64,000 nt of DNA from an uncultured Nitrospiraceae bacterium (GTDB lineage: Bacteria > Nitrospirota > Nitrospiria > Nitrospirales > Nitrospiraceae), in the NCBI GenBank assembly GCA_963730935.1, contig CAVSTP010000004.1, positions 1,280,001-1,344,000 on the forward strand, written 5' to 3'. The notes beneath the pieces were generated by a model. That model made no database searches. It saw only the letters and a program-made list of their open reading frames with translations, and was not told the DNA's origin. Positions 57,847 through 64,000 of the stretch are shown here, piece by piece. The stretch's first letter is position 1; each line of letters starts with the position of its first letter. The position numbers were made by a program, and so were the translations under genes.

Positions 57847-59193
57847 TCACATCGAACGGAGCAGCTGCGCCAGTTGGTGGCGTCCGGCCGTTCCGCTCAT
57901 GACCTTCGCAATTTTCCGAGCGGAGAGAAACTGCTTGATGAGCCGGTTGACCTCCATCACGTTCGTTCCGCTTCCGCGCGCGATGCGTTTTTTGCGGCTG
58001 CCGTTGATGACGGTGTGGTCGCGACGCTCCCGCATGGTCATCGAATCGATCATCGCCATGACCCGTTTAAGTTCGCGCTCGGGCACCTGCCCTTCCATAG
58101 CGCCTTTCAGCTTCTGGCCGCCAGGCAGCATGCCCAAGATCTGATCCAGCGACCCCAGCTTGTTGACTTGTCCGAGCTGAGCACGGAAATCTTCGAGCGT
58201 AAACGTGTTCGTGCTGAGGCGCTTCTGTGCCTCCTCCGCCTGCTCGCGTGTGAAGGTCTCCTGAGCCTTTTCGATGAGCGACAGCACATCTCCCATGCCG
58301 AGAATGCGTGAAGCCATCCGGTCGGGATGAAACAGCTCCAATGCGTCGAGTTTTTCTCCGACGCCGAGAAACTTGACGGGTTTTCCCGTGACAGCCCTGA
58401 TCGAGAGCAGCGCCCCGCCGCGTGCATCGCCCTCCACTTTCGTCAGGATGATGCCCGTGAGGCCGACACGCTGATCGAACTGACCGGCCATCGTGACCGC
58501 GTCCTGGCCGGTCATGGCGTCGGCAACGAGCAAGACCTCGTTCGGCATCACCGCCGACTTAACGGTGGCCAGTTCGTTCATGAGTTCGTCATCGACGTGC
58601 AGACGCCCGCCCGTATCGAGCACGACGAGATCAAAACCCTGCGACCGGCCGCGCTCAACCCCGTCCCGACAGACACGGACCACATCCTGCGCCGTCGTTC
58701 CCGGTTGATCTTGCCGGTGCACATCGATGTCTAAACTGCGTCCGATACTAGAAAGCTGGTCTGCGGCGGCGGCACGGCGGGGGTCGGCGGCGACGAGCAA
58801 TACGCGCTTACCTTGCTGTTTGAAGTACTTGGCGAGTTTCCCGCACGACGTCGTCTTTCCCGATCCTTGGAGCCCGACCATCATGACGACAGTGGGAGGC
58901 ATCGACGCCAGGGGGAGCCCTGCCCGCTCCTGGCCCATCATTGCGCGCAGCTCGTCCCAGACGACCTTGACAACCTGATGGCCAGGCGTCAGGCTCTGCA
59001 GAACCTCTTGCCCGATTGCCTTTTCACGGACCCGCTCCACGAAGTCTTTGACGAGCTTAAAGTTCACGTCGGCTTCTAAGAGCGCAAGACGAACTTCCTT
59101 CAACGCTTCCGCGATGTTCGCTTCGGTGAGGACACCGGTCCCCCGAAGTTTTTTCAGGATTTTTTCGAATTTCTCGCTGAGCTGATCCAGCAT
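57847..59193 (-). CDS. ffh: Signal recognition particle protein
   Basis: ALLEADV, GLQGSGKTT, DTGGRL, DAMTGQ, GDARGG, RILGMGD, RIARGSG. Confidence 0.98.
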   Translation of the reverse strand: MLDQLSEKFEKILKKLRGTGVLTEANIAEALKEVRLALLEADVNFKLVKDFVERVREKAIGQEVLQSLTPGHQVVKVVWDELRAMMGQERAGLPLASMPPTVVMMVGLQGSGKTTSCGKLAKYFKQQGKRVLLVAADPRRAAAADQLSSIGRSLDIDVHRQDQPGTTAQDVVRVCRDGVERGRSQGFDLVVLDTGGRLHVDDELMNELATVKSAVMPNEVLLVADAMTGQDAVTMAGQFDQRVGLTGIILTKVEGDARGGALLSIRAVTGKPVKFLGVGEKLDALELFHPDRMASRILGMGDVLSLIEKAQETFTREQAEEAQKRLSTNTFTLEDFRAQLGQVNKLGSLDQILGMLPGGQKLKGAMEGQVPERELKRVMAMIDSMTMRERRDHTVINGSRKKRIARGSGTNVMEVNRLIKQFLSARKIAKVMSGTAGRHQLAQLLRSM

Positions 59194-59201
59194 TCGGCAC
59201 C

Positions 59202-59247
59202 AAAGAAAAAGGCAATCGAAGCTTCATCAATAGATCTTCGATCGCCT
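59202..59247 (-). terminator. Terminator-like hairpin in the ffh 5' leader (candidate attenuator)
   Basis: AGGCGAUCGAAG / CUUCGAUUGCCU 12-bp stem (one G-U) followed by UUUUCUUU, ending 8 nt before the ffh ATG. Confidence 0.55.
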
Positions 59248-59275
59248 CGAAAAATCTAGCAAAAGAGCACCGGGC

Positions 59276-59304
59276 AGTTTAATGGAGCCCCCCTAAGAAG
59301 TCAA
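59276..59304 (-). promoter_or_regulatory. Sigma70 promoter for ffh
   Basis: TTGACT-17 nt-TAAACT. Confidence 0.7.
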
Positions 59305-59326
59305 GGCGCAGAGAGCGCCATTCTGG

Positions 59327-59355
59327 TTGACAGGTGGGACCCCTTTCGATATCGT
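59327..59355 (+). promoter_or_regulatory. Sigma70 promoter divergent from ffh
   Basis: TTGACA-17 nt-TATCGT. Confidence 0.65.
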
Positions 59356-59405
59356 CGTCCTCGAAGAATCAGTGAGCCCGATCAACAGTTTAAGAGGCCG
59401 TTGAC

Positions 59406-59666
59406 GTGAGAAAATCGCCCTGGTTGCTGCTAATATTCCTGCTGATCGGCGGGTTACTCGGCGGTATCCTGGGAGAGATCCTCCGGGTCATGGCCCCTCA
59501 GGGCACCATTCAAAATGTGTTTGCCACAAACTTTACACCCGGCATCAGCCCTCCTCTGACGATCGACCTCATACTTCTCAAGCTCACGCTGGGATTCAGC
59601 TTCAAGATCAGCTTGTTGAGCATCCTCGGCATGCTCTTGGGCATCTACCTCTACAAGAACGTCTAA
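59406..59666 (+). CDS. Small membrane protein (DUF4321-like)
   Basis: Two hydrophobic segments flanking TIDLILLKLTLGFSFKISL; GAGG SD. Confidence 0.78.
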   Translation: MRKSPWLLLIFLLIGGLLGGILGEILRVMAPQGTIQNVFATNFTPGISPPLTIDLILLKLTLGFSFKISLLSILGMLLGIYLYKNV

Positions 59667-59697
59667 CTGCGATAGCCGCTATCGAAAAGGGATTCCC

Positions 59698-61704
59698 CTA
59701 GCCGCCGGATTTCAGTTCAAGCTCGCGCAGCCTCAATGTGCGGATCCGGTTGCGGATCACCGCCGCCCGCTCGAACTCCAGTTCTTTCGCCGCGGCTTTC
59801 ATCTCCAATTCGAGCCGCTGGATCTGTTGTTCCAAGGCCTCATCGGCTTCCGGATACTCGGCGGAGGACTCCGCGGCGAGCGTCAACTGTTCGGGCTCTG
59901 CATAAGCCTCAGCATAGTCGAGCTTTAACACGGCTTTGTGAATGCTCACGGGCACGATGCCGTGCGCCTCGTTGAAGGCCGCCTGTATCCCCCGTCGGCG
60001 CGCCGTCTCGTTGATAGCCTGTTGCATGGAGTCGGTGACCGCGTCTCCATAGAACAGCACGCGACCACGGACGTTCCTGGCGGCGCGTCCAGCCGTTTGA
60101 ATCAGCGAGCGATGCGAGCGCAGGTAGCCTTCCTTGTCTGCATCCAGAATGGCGACCAGAGTGACTTCCGGTAAATCGAGGCCCTCGCGTAGAAGATTGA
60201 TGCCGATCAAGACGTCGAATCGGCCGAGCCGAAGATCGCGGATGATTTCCGCCCGTTCCAGCGTCTTAATGTCGGCGTGGAGATAGCGTACCTTCACGCC
60301 CAACTCATGATAGTACTCGCTCAAATCCTCGGCCATGCGTTTGGTGAGCGTCGTCACCAACACACGCCCGCCCTGAGCGATTTCTTCCCGGACCTCCCCG
60401 AGCAGATGATCGACCTGTCCTTTGGCAGGCCTCACTTCGATGATCGGATCCAGCAAACCGGTCGGACGAATGATCTGTTCCACCACGACTCCACCGGTAT
60501 GCTCCAATTCATAGGGACCCGGTGTGGCGGAGACATAGACCACTTGGTTCAAGCAGCGCTCAAACTCGTGAAACTTGAGGGGGCGGTTATCGACCGCAGA
60601 GGGAAGGCGGAACCCGTAATCCACCAATGTCCGTTTGCGGGAGTAGTCGCCTTCGTACATTCCGCCCACCTGCGGAATCGTCGCATGCGATTCATCGACG
60701 ATGAGGAGGTAGTCCTTAGGAAAGTAATCGATGAGCGTCGGCGGGGGTTCGCCCAGCGCGCGTCCACTGAGGTGGCGTGAGTAGTTTTCGATGCCGTGGC
60801 AGTACCCCATCGCACGGATCATCTCCAAATCGAACTTCGTCCGCTGGGCGAGACGTTGGGCCTCCAGCAGCTGATTGTGCTTCTTAAAATATGCGATGCG
60901 CTCGTCCAATTCCTCCTCGATACCGGTGATTGCCCGTTCATAGCGGTCGGGGGCGATCAGATAGTGAGTGTTCGGGTAGACGGCGATTTTCGGGAGTTTT
61001 CGGATCGGTTTTCCCGTCAAGGGATCGATTTCATGGATGGCGTCGACCATGTCGCCGAACAGCTCGATGCGGACGGAGAGGGCCTCGTTCGAGGCGGGAA
61101 AAATTTCGATGACATCGCCGCGGGCACGGAACGTTCCGCGATGGAAATCGACATCATTGCGCGCGTACTGGATGTCGACGAGTTTGGCGAGAATCTGCTC
61201 GCGCCGGATTTCCATCCCCTCTTCGAGATACACCACCATGCCGTGATACACCTCGGGAGAGCCGAGGCCATAGATGCAGGACACCGAGGAGACGATCAGA
61301 ACGTCATTGCGCTGGAGCAACGACGTCGTCGCCGCATGGCGCATCTGATCGATCGCGTCGTTGATCGACGAATCTTTCGCAATATAAGTGTCGGTCTGGG
61401 GGATGTAGGCTTCCGGCTGGTAGTAGTCGTAATAGCTGATGAAATATTCCACTGCATTATGCGGGAAGAACTGCTTGAACTCCTGGTAGAGCTGACCGGC
61501 GAGGGTCTTGTTGTGCACCAAGACCAGCGTGGGCTTTTGCACCCGCGCGATCACGTTGGCCATCGTAAAGGTCTTGCCGGACCCCGTCGCGCCGAGAAGG
61601 GCCTGATGTTTGCGACCTTCTTCGAGGCCGGCGGTCAAGGCATCAATAGCCGGTCCTTGGTCCCCGGTGGGCTTGTATGGAGCTTCGAGTTGAAACGGTG
61701 GCAT
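59698..61704 (-). CDS. uvrB: Excinuclease ABC subunit B
   Basis: [38 protein letters not shown]-terminal UVR domain. Confidence 0.98.
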   Translation of the reverse strand: MPPFQLEAPYKPTGDQGPAIDALTAGLEEGRKHQALLGATGSGKTFTMANVIARVQKPTLVLVHNKTLAGQLYQEFKQFFPHNAVEYFISYYDYYQPEAYIPQTDTYIAKDSSINDAIDQMRHAATTSLLQRNDVLIVSSVSCIYGLGSPEVYHGMVVYLEEGMEIRREQILAKLVDIQYARNDVDFHRGTFRARGDVIEIFPASNEALSVRIELFGDMVDAIHEIDPLTGKPIRKLPKIAVYPNTHYLIAPDRYERAITGIEEELDERIAYFKKHNQLLEAQRLAQRTKFDLEMIRAMGYCHGIENYSRHLSGRALGEPPPTLIDYFPKDYLLIVDESHATIPQVGGMYEGDYSRKRTLVDYGFRLPSAVDNRPLKFHEFERCLNQVVYVSATPGPYELEHTGGVVVEQIIRPTGLLDPIIEVRPAKGQVDHLLGEVREEIAQGGRVLVTTLTKRMAEDLSEYYHELGVKVRYLHADIKTLERAEIIRDLRLGRFDVLIGINLLREGLDLPEVTLVAILDADKEGYLRSHRSLIQTAGRAARNVRGRVLFYGDAVTDSMQQAINETARRRGIQAAFNEAHGIVPVSIHKAVLKLDYAEAYAEPEQLTLAAESSAEYPEADEALEQQIQRLELEMKAAAKELEFERAAVIRNRIRTLRLRELELKSGG

Positions 61705-61814
61705 GAGGCATCCTACAGGCTGTTACTGTACCATGAGGGGAACGAATCTTGGAGAGTGCATCACGATCGACGGCTGGTCGATCGTGATGCCGGATGACAG
61801 GTGGTCTGAAGGCT

Positions 61815-63146
61815 TCAGCGCCCAAATCGTCGCGGCGTATCCGAACGAAATGAGGGTCGGAAATCTCTCCCGATCCCGTTGCGAGTCTCATGAAGCGCGG
61901 GCGACGCGTGATGGCTGTGATGACGCTGAGCGGGACGACGTACCGGCCGCTCTTCCGTGACCACGGCTGCCGGGGGCAGCGGCGCCAAGGCCGGAAGCGA
62001 CAGTTTCGTCGATTGGATCCTCAGCTGCCGAACCATCCGAAGATATTCCCGTTCTTCCGCCTGAGATAAAATCAGAAAGGTGGACCCCTCCTTTTCGGCA
62101 CGACCTGTCCGGCCGGCGCGATGCACGTATGAGTTCGGATTGACCGGCAACTCATAGTGAATGACCTGCGCGACATCCGGAATATCGAGTCCCCGGGCCG
62201 CCACGTCGGTGGCGACCAGGGACGTCAGCCGTCCCGCCCGAAAGGCGCCGAGCGTCCGTTCCCGCTGCGCTTGGCTGTGATTGCCGGTGATCGCACCCAC
62301 TGAGGCGGATTCTCCGCCCAGCTTGGAGGCCAATCGCCGGACTTTATGTTTTTGATCGCAGAAAATCATCGACCGCTCGCCGGCCTTTACAGCCTGCAAC
62401 AGCGTGTGCACGAGCTGCGTACGCGAGTGCTCGGCCGGCACCACATAGTAGGCATGGGTGATGGTCGTCGGACTGCTGATCCCCGGATCGACGGAAATCT
62501 TGGCCGGATTCCGTTGCATGGTCCCAGCGAGCTGCTGGATCTCAGCGGAAAAGGTGGCGGAGAACAGTAACGTCTGCCGCTCGGGCGGCAGTAGGCCAAG
62601 GATGCGCTGAATATCACGGAGAAAGCCGCGATCCAACATCTGATCCGCCTCGTCCATTACAAGCCACGTCACGGCGCCAAGGTACAAGTGGCCGGACCCT
62701 GCAAGGTCCAGCAGCCTACCCGGCGTTCCGACGACAACCTTAGGCGCGTGCCGAAGCGCGCGGTAATGCCGCTCGATCGGCGTCCCGCCGTAGACAGCCA
62801 GTGATGTGACCGCCGGCGGCGCATATTTTCGTAGTTCCGTATCGATCTGAAGGGCCAGTTCTCTCGTCGGAGCGAGAATCAAAAACTGGGGCCCTCGTTT
62901 TCCTGAGCCGCCTGATGTGAGAGGCGGCGTGCCTTCGCTTGAGACCGACCGCAAAGCCCGCTCGATCATCGGCAGCAGAAAGGCCAGCGTTTTTCCGCTC
63001 CCCGTTTTGGCCTGCGCCATGACGTCCCGCCCGGCAAGAGCAGGCGGAATAGCCGCCTCCTGAATCGGCGAAGGGGACGTGATCCCAGCTTGTAGCAATC
63101 GCTGGGCAAGAAACGGGGGCAAACTCATCTGAGCAAACATAGACAT
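61815..63146 (-). CDS. DEAD-box RNA helicase
   Basis: Q motif PSPIQ, AKTGSGKT, PTREL, TPGR, DEAD, SAT, ARGLD, HRAGRTGR; AAGGAG SD before ATG 63146. Confidence 0.95.
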   Translation of the reverse strand: MSMFAQMSLPPFLAQRLLQAGITSPSPIQEAAIPPALAGRDVMAQAKTGSGKTLAFLLPMIERALRSVSSEGTPPLTSGGSGKRGPQFLILAPTRELALQIDTELRKYAPPAVTSLAVYGGTPIERHYRALRHAPKVVVGTPGRLLDLAGSGHLYLGAVTWLVMDEADQMLDRGFLRDIQRILGLLPPERQTLLFSATFSAEIQQLAGTMQRNPAKISVDPGISSPTTITHAYYVVPAEHSRTQLVHTLLQAVKAGERSMIFCDQKHKVRRLASKLGGESASVGAITGNHSQAQRERTLGAFRAGRLTSLVATDVAARGLDIPDVAQVIHYELPVNPNSYVHRAGRTGRAEKEGSTFLILSQAEEREYLRMVRQLRIQSTKLSLPALAPLPPAAVVTEERPVRRPAQRHHSHHASPALHETRNGIGRDFRPSFRSDTPRRFGR

Positions 63147-63247
63147 TAACACTCCTTGTGTGGATCAACTTCCTTGGACTGCAAGACGGCCGTTCATCCG
63201 GCCGGAAAACGCATCGGATAGATGGGCAATTCTAGGAAGGATATTAG

Positions 63248-63272
63248 CGGGGCCGCCGGCATGGCAGCCCCG
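63248..63272 (-). terminator. GC-rich hairpin downstream of the RRM gene (no U-tract; weak terminator or stabilising stem)
   Basis: CGGGGCUGCC-AUGCC-GGCGGCCCCG 10-bp stem with a U-G pair on the minus strand. Confidence 0.45.
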
Positions 63273-63295
63273 ATGTGAAAAACTACGGCTCGCGC

Positions 63296-63595
63296 TTAAT
63301 GCCGGCCGCCACCGAACCCGCCGCGGCCTCCGCCGCCGGCGCGTGGTTCCTGCGGACGCGCTTCGTTTACAGTCAACGTGCGGCCGCCCAGTTGGGTACC
63401 GTTCAACGCGGCAATCGCCGCCTGAGCCTCCGAATCCCCGGACATCTCCACGAAGCCAAAGCCTCGGGACTGACCGGTGAATTTATCAGTGATGATTCGG
63501 GCTGACGCCACCGCCCCATGCGCAGCGAACAGATCGCTCAGTTGCTGCTCAGTTGTGGAATACGGCAAACCCCCAACGTAAATCTTCGAACCCAT
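63296..63595 (-). CDS. RRM-type RNA-binding protein with Gly-rich tail
   Basis: RNP2 IYVGGL, RNP1 RGFGFVEM, VNEARP, GGGGRGG tail; AAGGAGG SD before ATG 63595. Confidence 0.96.
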   Translation of the reverse strand: MGSKIYVGGLPYSTTEQQLSDLFAAHGAVASARIITDKFTGQSRGFGFVEMSGDSEAQAAIAALNGTQLGGRTLTVNEARPQEPRAGGGGRGGFGGGRH

Positions 63596-64000
63596 CGGGT
63601 TCCTCCTTTGAGAAATTGGTGTTGTCTTGGACTCGAGAAGAGGTGAGGAAGGAATGGGCCGAAGACGCAAAACACGATGGCGACTCAGGTCTGGCTTCCG
63701 ATCAGATCCCCGGGCAGAACCAAAACAACACAGTATCAAGCCTTGTCACTCTCTACTGCATCACCACCAGGCCTTTCGCGGTGATACACCCGTGCAATGT
63801 AGCGCATGACCGGAACAAATGCAAGCCAACCACGTATTTAATACGCGGCGGGGTTTGACACGGGACGCTGCGAGAATAGCGGGACGGCATGCAAGCTGTC
63901 GAAATGCAAGGGAGATTTTCCACGCACGATGAGACCTACTTGGCCCAATCCAAGCGTTTGATCCTGCACGGACAACAGAAGCCGTCCGTCAAAAAATACC

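Noticed and set aside
1..64000. CRISPR arrays, tRNA/rRNA, SRP RNA, prophage or transposase genes
   Set aside because: No regularly spaced repeats, cloverleafs or mobile-element proteins were recognised by eye. A covariance-model scan would be needed to exclude small RNAs fully.

Overview
This is a gene-dense, mostly minus-strand chromosomal window from a GC-rich diderm bacterium. It is most likely Nitrospira-like, inferred from an actinobacterial-type Pup-proteasome operon sitting alongside a lipid A pathway. Region 1-9.3 kb is a variable surface-polysaccharide locus (wecB, SAM methyltransferases, an LhgO-like oxidase, an MTase-GT2 fusion, an UpxY antiterminator, a wHTH regulator and an AlgX-like SGNH protein). 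It contains an apparently exact 867-bp duplication with chimeric junctions. Region 9.3-33 kb is a long LPS/outer-membrane operon: bamA, 2x skp, fabZ, lpxA, lpxI, a gnnA-like gene, lpxB, msbA, a broken DUF374/LpxJ-like acyltransferase, waaA, lpxK, a waaF-gmhB fusion, and GT2/GT4/GT9 and methyltransferase genes. Region 33-40 kb holds galU-lon-thiL-DUF2062-HD. Region 41.8-49.9 kb holds thiS-thiG-thiE followed by arc-dop-prcB-prcA-pafA. No pup gene is present at its usual position, and ThiS has its Gly-Gly motif capped by a C-terminal extension. Region 50-64 kb holds ffh-rpsP-rimM-trmD-rplS-rnhB-yraN-ftsEX-envC-ctpA, uvrB, a DEAD-box helicase and an RRM protein. No tRNA, rRNA, CRISPR array, transposase or prophage was recognised. 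All calls come from reading motifs by eye; no database searches were run.
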